Part shown: piece by piece, positions 36,799-50,330 of the stretch
Position numbering within the stretch: position 1 is the stretch's first letter
How the letters are laid out: each line of letters starts with the position of its first letter
DNA from: Vicugna vicugna
Lineage: Eukaryota
Length of the DNA stretch: 64,000 bases
Assembly: GCA_013265495.1 (NCBI GenBank)
Contig: MU058444.1
Location: 124,001 to 188,000 of the forward strand
Direction of reading: 5' to 3'
The notes under the pieces: generated by a model
The model's input: only the letters and a program-made list of their open reading frames with translations
Databases searched by the model: none
Told to the model about the DNA's origin: nothing
Position numbers and translations under genes: made by a program

Positions 36799-37970
36799 CT
36801 GCAGAAATTGCTGACTGCATGCTTGGCTTGATTTCTTGCATCATTCTGGTCTTCACCACCGGCTACATAAAGAAATCCATCCATCACAGCCACACACTGA
36901 TTAAAACTCTTAGCTGGCATTTCCGTAAGCTTGCTCCATCCATTTTCAGGGTCTCTATACAAGACGTCTCTACTAAGGGACTTCTCAGTAAGGCCTGGAC
37001 GGCCCCCCACAGTGACCAGGACACGACAGCCCCCACGGATTCTCGTGCGCCTAGACTGCAGTGTGTTTTGATGATAGGGAAGTAGGTGGTAGTTCATAGC
37101 ATCTACAAGAAGCTTGTGACAATCAGCATCTTGCATCATTCTTGGTACCGACTGAACGTAATTGACCAGGTCTTGCGCAGAGATGGTACCAAAGCGAATA
37201 TTGCTCAGAAGATCGGCTGCGTATTTCACTCTCTTTTGGTCAAATTCTAACCATTTCATTGCAATCTGGAATGCTACTATTTCAGAAGGCAACTGTAAGT
37301 CATCATCTATAAGAAGTTCATTAATTTGCTCAAATGTAAGTTTCAGAAACTGATCTGATTCAGCAAATTCAAGGAAGTTGTCCCGGATAAATTTTTGGGC
37401 TGCTGCCTTTGCATTTTTCAGGGAGTAGGTTTCGGCAATGTTAGCAATGTACATGCAATTCTCAACGCTCATCTCTCGTATCAGAAAATCACTGCACATC
37501 TTGACAAGGGTATGGATCTGAAGATAAACAGCAGCAGAAAGAATGCTTCCTATTGTGTACAAGGAGAGAGTCAGCTTTCCCGTGTAGGCATATGCAATGA
37601 CCGTGGCCAGGCCCAGCGGTGCGATGTCATTGAGATCCACCCTTTGCGTCGAGGGGTCTCTTTTTAGGATGTTGTAAAAGTAGTCACTGCACGAAGCCAT
37701 CACTGACTTGTGGACGTCAAAAGATTTGGTTTTGGTGCCAATGACTAAGTCGCAAAGGAAGCTCTCCTGCCTCATTTTACTTAAACCTTCCAAGAGGTTG
37801 GGGCCATAAGAAGCATCCGTCAACTCAGAAGAAATGCAGCTAAGGCCATTGCCTCCCTCCAGGAGCCCATTCAAAGCATTGAGTTTGCTGAGGGGGCTGT
37901 CCTCTACAATTATGGTCATCTCATTGATCTCACTTTTGTTCTTTTTGACCGTCTTCTTTTTAGGGGCCAT
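36799..37970 (-). CDS. KLHL31: Kelch-like protein 31, first coding exon (BTB/POZ, BACK, start of Kelch repeats)
   Basis: [30 protein letters not shown]...[24 protein letters not shown] (BTB)...BACK...VTVGGRPG (Kelch). ATG at 37970 in context GCCAACATGG. Acceptor poly(Y)AG at 38005-38004, so the exon starts at 38003 with 33 nt of UTR. Phase-2 donor AG|GTACTG with GT at 36798-36797. 1172 coding nt. Confidence 0.97.
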
Positions 37971-38101
37971 GTTGGCAGACACACTGTCACAGGCAAGAGC
38001 TTGCTAAAAAAAAAAAAGGGGGGGGGCATGATTTTATTTTAATTGTGCTTTGGACTTTGAAATGCCACATTGAGAAACTTTCCTTTTATATAAGATAGTA
38101 G

Positions 38102-38445
38102 TCTTTTTGAATGCATTTTGAATACAAATTCTATTTACAAACCAAAAACAGACTCATAAACATAGAAAACAAACTATGGTCACCAAAGGAGAAAGGGTGG
38201 GGAGGAATAAATTAGGAACTGAGGATTAAGAGACACTCGTTACTATATATAAAATAGATAAACTACAAGGACCTACTGTATAGCACGGGGGACTCTATTC
38301 AATTTCTTGTAATAACATATAATGGAAAAGAATCTGAAAAGAAAACATATATGTATGTATATGTATCACTGAATCCCTTTGCTGTACACCTGAAATTAAC
38401 ATTGTAAGTCAACTACACTTCAATTAAAAATTAAAGTTATAAAAA
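38102..38445 (+). mobile_element. L1 3' end about 100 bp from the KLHL31 exon acceptor
   Basis: ctatttacaaaccaaaaacagactcataaacatagaaaac...ctacacttcaattaaaaa; TSD AAGATAGTAG at 38092-38101 and 38446-38455. Confidence 0.8.
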
Positions 38446-39884
38446 AAGATAGTAGGTTTTTAATGGCATAATGTAAGTTGGTTAATTCTCAAAGATGAGT
38501 TTAAAGATTTACATTAAACTAGATGCACGTCATATTGACGGTTTACTTCAGCATCAATTATTGAAGACAATTCTAGGCAGATGTATGTTATCAAATGGTA
38601 CCTTTCAATAGCTGTGTTGCCAACTAATTTAATGCAGCAGAAATGACCAAATACTCTCTGATTTAGTGTGTACAGTGATTATGGAATAATAGTTAAAGAT
38701 CCTTGGAAGGGCTTAGTTTACTTTCAGGAAAAAGTGAATTGTAACTTCTCTGAAGTTCTTCTCAGTAAAATATTGTAATACTAAAATTCAGGAATTCATG
38801 TTAAATGTAGACTATATATTAGAATAAATGCGGCTAACAGTTGATGGATAATAATGTATTATTTCAAGTGATTTCTCCTCTACATAGTCACTAAAATAAT
38901 TTCCTGATGAATGAAATATCTAAATGATTCACACGCACAAATTTACACAAGGACTGGAACAAAGTAGTTTTAAAAAAATCTTAGACTAAGAAAGACCCTC
39001 TTAAGCATAACATAAAATTCAGAAGCAATAAAGGAAGACTGAAATATCTGAATATTTAAAAAAAATGAAAACATATCTATAAAACAATACCAACTATTTA
39101 AAAGACAAGTATCAAACTACAAAGACAAATATTTGTAATGTTTTTGACAGATAAAAGGTTAAAGTGAAGTTAACACGATATATAAAGAGCTCCTACGATT
39201 AATAAGTAAAAAGTAATCTGACTAGAAAATGGGCAAACGCGATGACCAAGTCACTAGGCTGTTCACAGAAAATAAAAGACAAACAGTTAAATTTTTAAAA
39301 AGCTAAACTAATAATAATCAGGGAACGATCATCTGAAACCCAGGGATCCTTTGTGTGTGTGTGTGTGGTCAAATTTTGCTTATCAAATGATTAAAATATT
39401 TTAAAATATTCAGAATGTCAGATATTGGTGTGGTACTCCGCATGCATTGTTGATGGGAGTGTAATTGATACAATCTTTTGAATAACAATTTAGCAGCCTA
39501 GCAAAAATAAAAACCATTTTTATGCTTTGACACTAAAGTTCTAAATCTACTAATGTACCTCTTAGAATATATTTTTATGGATGCTCACATATTAAGGACA
39601 GTAACAATTTCCTATTATTAAAGTTACAGATATTTGAACCAGTTTTTAAACCTATTTGAACTGCAGATTTAGCTCTATAATGTAGCTCTGAACAGCTCTA
39701 ATATCAAATGTAGACTTGAAATATATTAAGTTTACCAAATAAATGCATAGCAGGTTACATTATTTTAGCCCTTAAAAACTGAACACAGTCATCAGAAGAT
39801 GCTACACTGGGGCTTTCAAGTAGATGTTATCTGCCGCCATGATAGCGCTCACTTTTTTGTAAAATTACTGGTACTGGTTCTTTC

Positions 39885-40415
39885 CCCCCATTTTTTCTTT
39901 TCTTTTCTTTTTTTTTAATTTCACTAATTTAAAAAATTAAAGTATAGTGGATTTACAATGTTGTGTTCATTTCAGGTGTACAGCAAAGTGACTGAGTTAT
40001 ACATGCACACATATATATATTCTTTTTCAGATTCTTTTTCATTACAGGCTATTACAAGCTACTGAATATAGTTCCCTGTGCTATGCAGTAGGTCCTTGCT
40101 GGTTATCTATTTTATATATAGTAGTGTGTATATGTTAATCCCAAACTCCTAATTTATTCCACCCTCCCACCCCTTTCCCCTTTGGTAACCATAGTTTGTT
40201 TTCTATGTCTGAGAGCCTATTTCTGGTTTGTAAATAAGTTCATTTGTACCTTTTTAAAAAACGATTCCACATATAAATGATATTATATGATATTTGTCTC
40301 TGTCTGACTTACTTTACTTAATATGATAATCTGTAGGTTGATCCATGTTGCTGCAAATGGCATTATTTCATTCTTTTTTATGGCTGAGCAGTATTCCACT
40401 GTATATATATAGTAT
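39885..40415 (-). mobile_element. L1 3' end
   Basis: T-rich tail and L1 3' UTR/ORF2 end (atccatgttgctgcaaatggcattatttcattctttttatggctgag). Confidence 0.85.
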
Positions 40416-40563
40416 ATGGTAGCATTCACTTTCTTGTAAAATGACTGGTATTGCTTTTATTTCATTTTTTAAGTTGCAAAATCAGTACGTGTGATTCAGC
40501 AGTTCACAGCTTGCTATATATCATTCCACATAATTGTATATGTATGTATCTGCATAATTTGAG

Positions 40564-40748
40564 CAGTGGTGTGCTGGTAAACCAACTCTCTAGTGGGGGA
40601 AAAAGCTCTTATTTGTAAGGTGCTGATTTCTTTGGTACAAATACACTCATTGTGGTTGGTTTTAAGCTATCAACCACCAGCTCGCTAAATTCTTGAAAAT
40701 GTAAATTAGTTCTCATGAGCCAGAACAAGTCAGCTCCAGCCCACCACT
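40564..40748. mobile_element. MER63-like hAT MITE
   Basis: TIRs CAGTGGTGTGCTGG ... CCAGCCCACCACT. Confidence 0.6.
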
Positions 40749-42368
40749 ATCAGAGAACTAATATCAAGACAAGTTTATGCTACATTATTCAACAGTTTTC
40801 TTTTCTCACTTAGATGTTCTCATGTACATCTTCCCATGTCAGCACCGACATAAATTTACCTCATTCTCCATCATAGCTGCATAGAATCCCACGGTAAGAA
40901 TATATAAAACTTCATCATTCTCTTGTTGATGGACATTGTTTAGGTGTTTTATAGATTTTGAGGGGGATGTGGGGTGTGGGTGGGGACGTGTGTGTGTGTG
41001 TTTGTTTTAAGTCTCACCGCTGAGCTCACCCTGAGGGGTAAAACTTAGCTTTGATCCCCCTTGAAGGTCTTCAGTGTATCTACTGGAATATATGTTTTTA
41101 AAAGTTCCATAGCTTCTCTATTGTGTTTGTTCCTGTTTCTTTCCATGTAGATGGAGAGTAGCAAATCAGTAGGAAACAGAGACGATCTGTCTCTGCCAGG
41201 GCTTTCGTCTTCCTCATTAAGCTCTAGTTGTCATGCTATCTCGTATCACTTATATCTGTTTTATATATAAACTTATATACAGTTTACAAGACTGTAGCAC
41301 CCATGTCCTTCCTCATTCTTTCCTGGCAGCAAGCCCACATGCGTCCGCACCTTGTGAAATAGATTTTCAACCCACCATCATTTTAATCTTCCAATGCATT
41401 TGGCTTATGTGGTGAGTGTCCCCTTGTTGGATTTCTCTGGGAAAATATTTTAAAAATTTTGTTCAGCAGGTAGTTACCAGACACCTACTGCCATGTAGGC
41501 AGCAATGTCCTGGGAAGGATGGAGCAATATAACGTGTAATTTACGTTAGATAGATGAAAATGACAAGTACAAAATGAGAAAGTAGGAAAGTATAGCAGAG
41601 TAACTTTAAAAAAAAAAAAAAAGACCATCAGTTTCTACCACTAGGGGCACAAATGTGTTTTTGGAAGAAGCCCTGTCTGTTCTCCGGGAGGAACCCCCAG
41701 GGTCAGTTTTTGACTCACGTAGATACAGAGCTTGTAACCACTTACTGTATTGGAGGAAATCTTGAACCTGAGGAGTCATCTGAATGCTTCAGAATTTGAT
41801 GCTGAATATTTGTTTATCCATTATTAAAAGAGCATTTCATTGGTAGCACATTGGGGTGGATATTTCAATGACTGATAAAACAGGTCACCTTCTACTTAGT
41901 ATGGATTCATGCCCCAGCTCCGGGGCTGGGTTTCAGAGTTCCCCCCCACCCGGGGCACTCTGTGCAAATCTTCAGTTGCTGGATCAGAGTGAGGTACAGG
42001 ACGACCTGGGAGAGGGCTAGAGGGGTGGCAGGGATTCGGGGTGGGCCAAGGGGCCATTGGCCATTTTCCAATTCAGTATTTCCAATTAAATTCAGTAGAA
42101 TTTCCAGTTTAAGTACAGAGGGATCTCAGTATTTAACAACTGGAACTACACTGAAAAATACTTGTCCTAGGGACAGGGTGTCATTCTTCTGATGTTACTT
42201 TGATTTTAATTTTTTTTCTTTTTGGTTTGTTTCTTTTGTTGGAAATGAAAGTTTTTGGAGAAAAGAGAGGACCCAGCCTCAAAAATCTAATGATATGCTC
42301 GGGTGAAGGAGACAATTCCAAATAAAGGAGTGGCTAGTAGACTCTAAGAGCAACAATATCTGATATCC

Positions 42369-42521
42369 GTTTTTTAAAAAACGTATTATTATTATTATTT
42401 TTTATTTTGAGGGCAGGAGGTAATTACGTTTATTTATTTTTAGAGGAGACACTGGGGATTGAACCTAGGACCTTGTGCATGACTAAGCATGCACTCTACC
42501 AGTTGAGCTATACCCTCACCC
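42369..42521 (-). mobile_element. tRNA-derived SINE (vic-1 type)
   Basis: Full head and tail; 13-bp TSD AT(A/G)TCTGATATCC at 42356-42368 and 42522-42534. Confidence 0.9.
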
Positions 42522-43179
42522 ATGTCTGATATCCAGTTTAAAATCTCCTTTTTCTACATTGTAATTCTCTTATATTGTCCTTAATTGAGGTACTCTCCAG
42601 CATCCTTAATAAAGTTTGATAAATCACCAAGTAGCTCACTCTTTGCCTTTAGGAAGTTCACGTAGTAGAGTTGTGAACACCTCAGCCTTTGAAGAAGACT
42701 GCCTGGGTTTAAGTAGTAGCTCATGACTCCACCACTGGTGAAAAAGCCAAGTGAAGTTCCTATCTGACAGATGGTCCCAAAGATAGAACCTATAAGCGGG
42801 GGTGGGGTGGTGGCAAGAATGGGGAGAAAAATAGGGAAAACTATCCAGAGATGCTAGGGAGTTTAAAAAAAAAAATGATGGTTTTGTAACAGAGTCAAGA
42901 GTTGGAAAAAAGGAGCAGCGATGTGTTTCCCCCCTTCCACCTCCTTTCGGGGGGAGATGTGGCTTTCTGGCTATGAGTAGGCTGCCCTTGGTACCGCACA
43001 GGGCAGCTCCATCTCCAGCAGAAAGCGCTGCTGCATTGACGGACCAGAGCACAGAGCTTGTGGCAACTACACCCACTGCAAAGTGAGGTGGGAATTCTGG
43101 AAAAGAAAGAACCTAAAAGAAGGAGCCCAGAATAAGCTTAAATCATCAGGAAGGAATGAAGAGCATCAGAGATGATAAC

Positions 43180-44730
43180 CATAAAGAATAATTTTTTCTA
43201 TAAAGCTCTTTAAAATACGTTTGACTCTTCAAAGCAAAAATGGTAACACTGTCCCGTGGGTTCATAATGTATGCAGATGCATGCGTAAGACATTTATAGC
43301 ATAGAGGAGGCGGTGATGGCGCTAAATGAATCTATACAGTTGCAAGTTTTCTGCATTTTAGGTGAAGTGGTACAATAACTTACATAGCCTGTAAAAATTT
43401 AGCTTTGTGTATTGTAACCTCTAGAGTAGTGCTGTCCAATCCAACAGAGATATAATATGAGCCACGTGAGCAGTTAAAAAATTTCCAGTAGCCACATTAA
43501 AAAGGTAAAAAGAAACAGATGAAGTTAATGTTAATAATATACCTTATTCAACCTAATATATACAAAATATCATTTCAACATATAACTGCAATAAAATTAT
43601 TAATGTGATATTTTACATTCCTTTTTTTCATACTAAGTCTTCGAAATCCAGGGTGTATTTTATGCTTGCAGCACGTCTCATTTTGTACTTGCCACATTTC
43701 TAGTGTTTAATAGCCACATGTGACGGATGACTATAGTATTGGACAGCAGAGCTCCAGAGCAACCACGTAAAGAATGCAAAGTAGAGCTGAAAAACCAATA
43801 GGTTAAATGTAAATGCATTCAAAAGACAGCAGGGAAGTTGGAACAGAGGAACAAAAATTAGAGGGGACAAACAGAAAACAAATAATTTAATGGTAACCTA
43901 AATTCAACTATATTCATCATTATATGAAATGTTAATGGATGAAATATTCTAATTAAAAGGCACAGATTGTCAGAAGGGATAAGAAAAGCAAAACCCAAAT
44001 ACATACTACCCACAAGAGACTGATTAAAATATAAAGACGCAGATAGGTAAAAAATAATTGGTAGAAAAAGATTTACTGTGAAAATAGCAGACTTAAAAAG
44101 ACTGGAGTGGCGATATTAACAGGAGATAAATTACACTTCAAGAAAAAAAAACTGATGATAAGGAGGGAATTTCACAATGTTACAAAGGCCAATCCCTTAT
44201 GAAGATGTAACAGTTAAATGTGTTTGTGTAAATAACAGAGCTTCGAAATATGTGACGCAGCAAGTGACAGAACTAAAGGGAGAAATAGGCAATGCCTCAG
44301 TTATATTGGAAAATTATAACTTTCCCAGCAACTGATTGAACAGCTAGACAAAAAATCAATAAAGGCAGAGTTCATCTGAACATTATTAATCACCCTGACT
44401 TAACTGATATTTCTAGAACGTTACATCCAACAACTGCAGAATAGAAATTCTTCTTGCGTATACATGGTGCATCACCAAGACAGAGCCTCTGCAGGGCCCC
44501 AAATATGTCTCAGTCCATTTAAAAGCACTCATCTCATACAGAATATGTTCTCTGACCATAGTGGAACTGAAGTAGAATTTAATATCAATAAACTATCCAG
44601 GAAAGCCACCAATATTTGGAAATTAAACAATATGATTCTAAATAATCCATGAGTCAAAGAAGAAATCTCAAGGGAAATCAGATAGATAGGATTTCAAACA
44701 GAATAATAATGAAAATACAACAAGATGTGA
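43180..44730 (+). mobile_element. Old L1 inter-ORF region and ORF2 endonuclease-domain remnant
   Basis: aatgttaatgga...attaaaaggcacagattgtcaga; frame fragment IQNMFSDHSGTEVEFN...NIWKLNNMILNNP matches the L1 endonuclease SDH motif. Confidence 0.8.
43427..43751. mobile_element. MER33-like hAT-Charlie element nested in an old L1
   Basis: TIRs tagtgctgtccaat / attggacagcagag, 325 bp, 8-bp TSD CTC(T/C)AGAG at 43419-43426 and 43752-43759. Confidence 0.85.
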
Positions 44731-45233
44731 CTTTCCATAGACTGCTAACCTCTTAGAGTCTCCACTGACTTACCTCTAAAGTAAAGGTCATAATGGTGCC
44801 TGCCTGTAGGTTGTCCATGAAAGCTTAGTGAGATAAATGTCTGTACAGTATTTAGGATCTTGCCTAAAGTGAATGTGCAAAAATTTTGAATTATTTTCAA
44901 TAAAATCAACAACTCCTTGTTAGCTGTGTCTTTGGGAATAAAGGAAGCAACCCATTTAAGGTGAAGCCCATTACCTTTACAAAGTGATTTTGGGGTGAAG
45001 CCAATCATTGGAAGCTGCCACCAATGGAACTGCAGTCATGAGAATCAGGAGGTGACCTGGGACAGGCCAGCAGCAGCCAGGAGAGATTTCTGGAGTATGT
45101 AAACATTTCTAAGGGATTTTTGAAAACGCCAGGGAGACGAGTGGAATTCATGCAATCACATAGGCTGAAGAACAGATTATTTTTAACTTCGATTTGAATG
45201 ATAAGAGTAAACCTGGAAATTTAGAAACCTTGG

Positions 45234-45368
45234 TTTTTAAAAAAAATTTGGGGGGGCAGGGGGTAATTAGATTTATTTATTTATTTTTAGAGGAGATACT
45301 GGGGATCGAACCAGGGACCCCGGGCATGCTAAGCATGCGCTCTACCTCTTGAGCTATACCTCACCCCC
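45234..45368 (-). mobile_element. tRNA-derived SINE (vic-1 type)
   Basis: gatactggggatcgaaccagggacc...ctcttgagctatacc head with a ggtaattag/T-rich tail. Confidence 0.85.
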
Positions 45369-48344
45369 TGCAGGACATTGATTATATAAGCAAAACAACA
45401 GATTATCTGAAACACATTGAATCTGTGAGCCTGGATTTAAGAATCCTAATTGAGGAACTGTTTTGCTAGGGTAGAGAGAGGATGGGAAGGTTTGCAGGTA
45501 ACAAGAATCTTGCTGGTTTCAGTAAAGAAAGGTTTTTAAGAGGTGTAGGTACCGGAGGGGGAAGGCCTTTAAAGCAGGGGAAATGCCTCTTGTGTGACTC
45601 GGCATGGGAGGCGCAGACTGGCTGGAGGTGAGGGGGACAGGTGGGCAGGGAACATGAGGCCAATGCATAAAGGATGCTGGATGCCAGGAAGGGCTTGAAC
45701 TTGGTAAGTTAGTGTGCAGTCGAGAAGGATTAAGAAATCTCCAGGAAGGAGAGGGCACACTGAGGTCCTAGTGAAGTCAGTCAGAGTTCCTCCACGGCTG
45801 CCTCCCCTTACTTCCTGTGGCCGCCTTCTCTTTCCTCCGGAGTCGGGCTTCCTGCTGCCCTGGTGTTCCCATGGAAACCCTCGTGACCCTCTGTCCCAAT
45901 TCTCTTCCCTTGTCCCATTTCTCCAGAGCCCTGCTGGGTGACACAGGATCCAGGCTAATCCATCAATGGGCAGATCTCCTCTTCCTCCCAGATACGCACA
46001 TTTTGGGGTGGCTTTTTTTTAAAAAAATAGTGCCCTCCCATGACTCACAATTTCCACTGTGGAACATAATATTTTTAAAGGAATATTATACTATTATTTA
46101 AAGACTAATTTTACCATTAATCAAATTAACTTATTTAATCTTAAACATTATTAATATTTTAAATGTACATATATTTTTCTTAAGAAGAGACGGCTTTTAG
46201 AGCCCTCAAACCCACTTTGTAAAGGTAACTGGCTTCTCTGGCTCTTAGAAGCAGGAGACGATTTAATAGACTATTGAAATCGGAGCCTGCAGACCACTTC
46301 CTGGTGGTCATCTTTTCCCAGATCTGCTCATAAATTCAGTCTTTCTTTACTAGTAACTGCCATTCCATCCCAATCCTAGGTCTGCACATCAGAGGTGAGG
46401 CATCCACCCACCTGCCCAGGTGTTCTCAATCTGTGCCACCTTTCCAGTAACATACTGCAGACCCCCTGGAGGAGCCTGGGGAGCAGGATCGCTCCTTAGA
46501 AGCAGGGCCAGGCTCTGGTGTGGTCCTGTAGGCTGCAGAGATGCTCACCGCCTCCTGCATCCTGGTAAATGCTCTTCCCCTGGTCCTGCTCCTCCATCCC
46601 CTAGGGAGACAGGGCTCCAACCGCTGCTTTTCTCAATTGAAGGGGGCCTGCAGGCCCTCAAGGATGGTCAGGCAGCCACAGCATGTGCCCTGGGCCCTAC
46701 TGCAGGGAAGACCAGCTCCCTCCCTGTGGGGGATCAAAGCCAGAGGCCCTGTCTCATCAGGCAGACGGGGAAGCCTTTGCTAACCTTCCAGGTCCCTCCC
46801 TGGGGCCTCTCTAATGTATCACTGGGTGCACACACACTCACACACACACTCACACTCACTCAGCATGCCACGTGCGTGACCAACCAGCATTTTTCTACAA
46901 TCAAAGCAAAGGCAGCCTTAAAGAAAAGAAGTTACCAGAGGACAGCCTCAGGAGTGCATGCGTGAGAGGGAAGAGGGAGCAGTTTAGTTCACTTCCATTC
47001 ACTCATCTGGTCATGGGGCTGGGCCGCCAGGCTGATGCTGGGGGTTTGTGGAGGGCGATTAGGAAGAAATGGAATATTCACAGAGGCGGAAATATTTCCT
47101 CAGTCCTGAGGTCACGTGTGAATAGGTAGTCAAAGCAATGTGCACAGGAACTCTCACTGTTTTTTCAGTTATAAGATACGTAATTTTTACGGTTGTACAA
47201 ATGTTCGCTCTGCATCCTGGGCTCGTATTGTAAATGATTCCGAAAGATGGTCACAGTGCTTGTCAAAGTGTGGCTGCGAGGAAGAGGCAGAGGTTACAAC
47301 GGCAAGTTGCATGTGTCTCTGCCATCCGGAGTATAACCTAGGTGTTCAGTGGTCAATTTTGAAAGCATTCCTTTCTTATTGATTCAGTATTATCAACTCA
47401 AAGTTGGATGAGGGTTTTGCTTATGGTTGCTATTTTAAAGGCTTTTCTCTTTTTCTGATGAGTGAGTGCCTTGGGGCCAGCGGCTCCGGGCCTCCCTGGG
47501 CTTGGCAGCTGGGCGGTCACCATGGTTCCCACACCCCAGGGAGCGCTTTGACTGCGGTCGAGGTCTGCGTGGTGAGGAGACCAGCCTTGCTGAGCTGCCT
47601 CCAACAGTTTGAAAACTGTTTCCCCATTTTTCCTGAAGCAGGAAGGGCTTGATCCCTCCTCCCTACCCAGGGGGCTCTAATGAGTTGCTCCCCGTGGGAT
47701 CAGAGAGGAGACCCGTAGAGGCGCCCGGGACCCCTAGTGCCAGGACGCGCTGGACGGAGCAGATCGAGCCACGACAGCTGCGCGTGTGTAATGGGATGAG
47801 CAGCTATTTGGGGGCACTGCCAGAGCCCTGTCCCTTCCCTTTTTGAGTAAAAGAGGAGAGTGCACAGGGGCAGAAGGTTGTAGAAGGCTCCCCGGTGCTG
47901 CCAGAGCTATCCCTTCGTTCTGCAGAGGGAGCCCAGAGAATTCCCCTTCTCTGCTCGTGGACCCCACAGCCCTCTTCCCGCTCTGCTCTGTCCGCCGTCG
48001 CCCCGGCAGCCTCTCGGGTCCCCTGGAAGAGCTGCCCATCAGAAACTGGGCAGAGGGACACCAGGGGTGCAGTCCACCCTCTCCTCCCCTGCCCACCAAC
48101 GATCTTGGCTCTGGTGTCATTTCTAGGGTGCTCGTGTCATGTATTCCACACCTGGGCCGTTATGGGAGCTGCACATTTTTCATCATCTTTTGTATGGAAT
48201 TCAGGGACTTGCCTAAAACCCAACTCAGATTTAAGTATGTTAATGATTAATTCCTAAATATAAATCACCAAGCATGAAACTGGACTATGTATTAAGTCTA
48301 AATAATTACCTCCATTTCTACCTCAGATAATAATTATTTATTAT

Positions 48345-48560
48345 TCTGTATTAATTGAGCCCTTACTGTGTGCTGAACCCAGGTAAATACTTTACACGAT
48401 CTTATTTTTTTTTAATTTAAGCATCATGGAAATCCTAAAAGGCAGGTAACATTATGTTCATTTTACAATGAACAGGATGTTTAAAAAATGCATCCAGGGT
48501 CACACAGTGCACAGGCAACATGTAGTTGAGCAAAGATTCACACCCAGATTGAACCCTGCG
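48345..48560 (-). mobile_element. MIR SINE
   Basis: attgagcccttactgtgtgctg...cattttacaatga...ccagggtcacacag. Confidence 0.6.
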
Positions 48561-48923
48561 CTCCCATCTTGCCCTTAAATCCAGGGAAGGTTAAAATCTG
48601 TAGCAGGTGAAAAAGTTAGCTCCTCCCAGCATTAGATGGAGACTGAGTGAGGTGCAATCAAGTGCATAAAATCAAAGCTTGGATCCGGAGCACACGAAAG
48701 GGTTCTTTATAGCTCCAAACAGTGAAATAAAAGACCTGCCCTTTTAAATATAAGACACATTTGTTTGGGGACAATCAGGGCCTGTGGGCTGGCTTCTTTA
48801 TTCTCTTAGGGGTAAGAAGGCTGTGGAACGCCAATGGTTTGGGTCAGCCCCAAGGAGAAATAGGTTCCAGGAAGTCTTGCGTGAGTTGGGTGATCAGAGA
48901 CTCGGACACTTCCTTTTAAGTGT

Positions 48924-48991
48924 TAGGTTGAATATAAAATTATTGATTTTTGTTTAAAGACAAATATTATCAATTTCTTAGGGCTCAACTT
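48924..48991. mobile_element. MADE2-like mariner MITE
   Basis: Short imperfect palindrome taggttga...aaatt...caatttc...tcaactt. Confidence 0.45.
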
Positions 48992-49526
48992 GGCTAGAGG
49001 CCTGTTCTCTGTAAAGTGTGCAAACTCCATACATGAAGCCAGCTTCTGTCCTCCAGACCTAGATACAGGACGTGAGGACCCAGGGCTAAAATGTTTTTTG
49101 GTTTTGTTGCAAATTTTAGTAAAATAGCTTTCTCCTTTCTAGCCTTTTGGGTGTGTATGTTAAGGTTGTGGGAGGTGAGGCTGGAAATCTAGTTTGTAAG
49201 ACGCATGTCTCTTTGGCTGTCACAGAACTAAAAGTTAGGTTTTGGTGTTCGTCTTGCTCTCCCCACCCCAGGGACCTGTGGCAAAACATTCGACCTTTTA
49301 GGATTTCAGCTTAATCATCTGTCAGATGAGGAGATGTGTCCCTTTCAGTCCTAAAATCTTCAAAGAGTTCAGAATAAACAGATGGCTTTTGCTGTCAGAA
49401 TTGTCAAAATCTGGTCCTTCTTGCTTCTCCCCTCAATATGGCCCTTCAGAACCCTAGAGTCAGATCACGATCAGATACGAAAAACCGACAGAGATAGATT
49501 CTTCCCCTGGGAGTCGTGCATTGGAT

Positions 49527-49720
49527 CTGAGTTGCCAAAATTAGCAAGTGAAAAATAAAAGATCTCTAGATCACTTTGAACTTCAGAAAACCGATGAGTC
49601 GTATGTCAATATTCAAGTATATCCCGGATAGTATTCGGGACATACTTATGCTAAAACCTGGTTTGTGGTTTATCTGCAATTCAGTGTACCTAGGTGTCCT
49701 GTATGTTATCTGGTAACCCT
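49527..49720. mobile_element. MER53-like palindromic hAT MITE
   Basis: gagttgccaaaattagca...aagtatatccc/gggacatactt...tatctggtaaccct hairpin architecture. Confidence 0.7.
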
Positions 49721-50020
49721 TTTGTGGGTTGGGCTTCAGGCAAGTCCCTGAATTCCATGAAAATTTCTGGAATCTTATGAAGACATGTTGTGCATATGTG
49801 TTTATGTGTATTTCTTCTGGAAAGTGGGCCCAGAGCTTTCAGGGGTTCACAGAAAGGTCCACAACCTCAAACAGACCCAGAACCAAGACATGGGAGCGTA
49901 ACGCTACCTCTTCTGAGGGTGGGCAAGTCTGCGAGACAGGCTCACACTCAAGTCCCTCCTGGCCTGAAACAGATTTCAGATGGAAAGTCCTAGACCCGCT
50001 CGCAGAGAAGCTTTGCCACT

Positions 50021-50330
50021 TTATATTTAGGAGCCCTCTCTTTCCTGCTCCCTTCCACCCTGGCCTCCTGGGAGAGACTCTACCCAGGGCAAGCTAAGAA
50101 GCCATGTGTGCCAAAGTGTCACTGTCACTCTTAGGCCAGAACCAGCTGGGATCCCAGAACATCTTCTTGCCAAAGGGGCGTCAGCTGGGCCCGCTCCCCA
50201 TCCCTGCCACATTCCAGCCACTGCATGTGTCCGGGTCGGTCATCAGCCTGCCTCCCGGAATAGAAACAGCCCAGCCCCTGCCGCTTGCCATTTTAAGTGA
50301 AGTCCAACTTAAGGGGCGGGTGGGCGGCGG
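50021..50330. promoter_or_regulatory. Candidate intronic muscle enhancer (MEF2, two CAGCTG E-boxes, GC box)
   Basis: TTATATTTAG at 50021-50030, CAGCTG at 50143 and 50182, GGGGCGGG at ~50313. Confidence 0.4.

Noticed and set aside
37971..37982. GTG start (MSAN-) called by the ORF track
   Set aside because: The ATG at 37970 has a strong Kozak context and gives the expected MAPKKK N-terminus.
41635..41650. CTCF-like CCACTAGGGGCAC
   Set aside because: One base short in the G-run of the core; not distinguishable from background.
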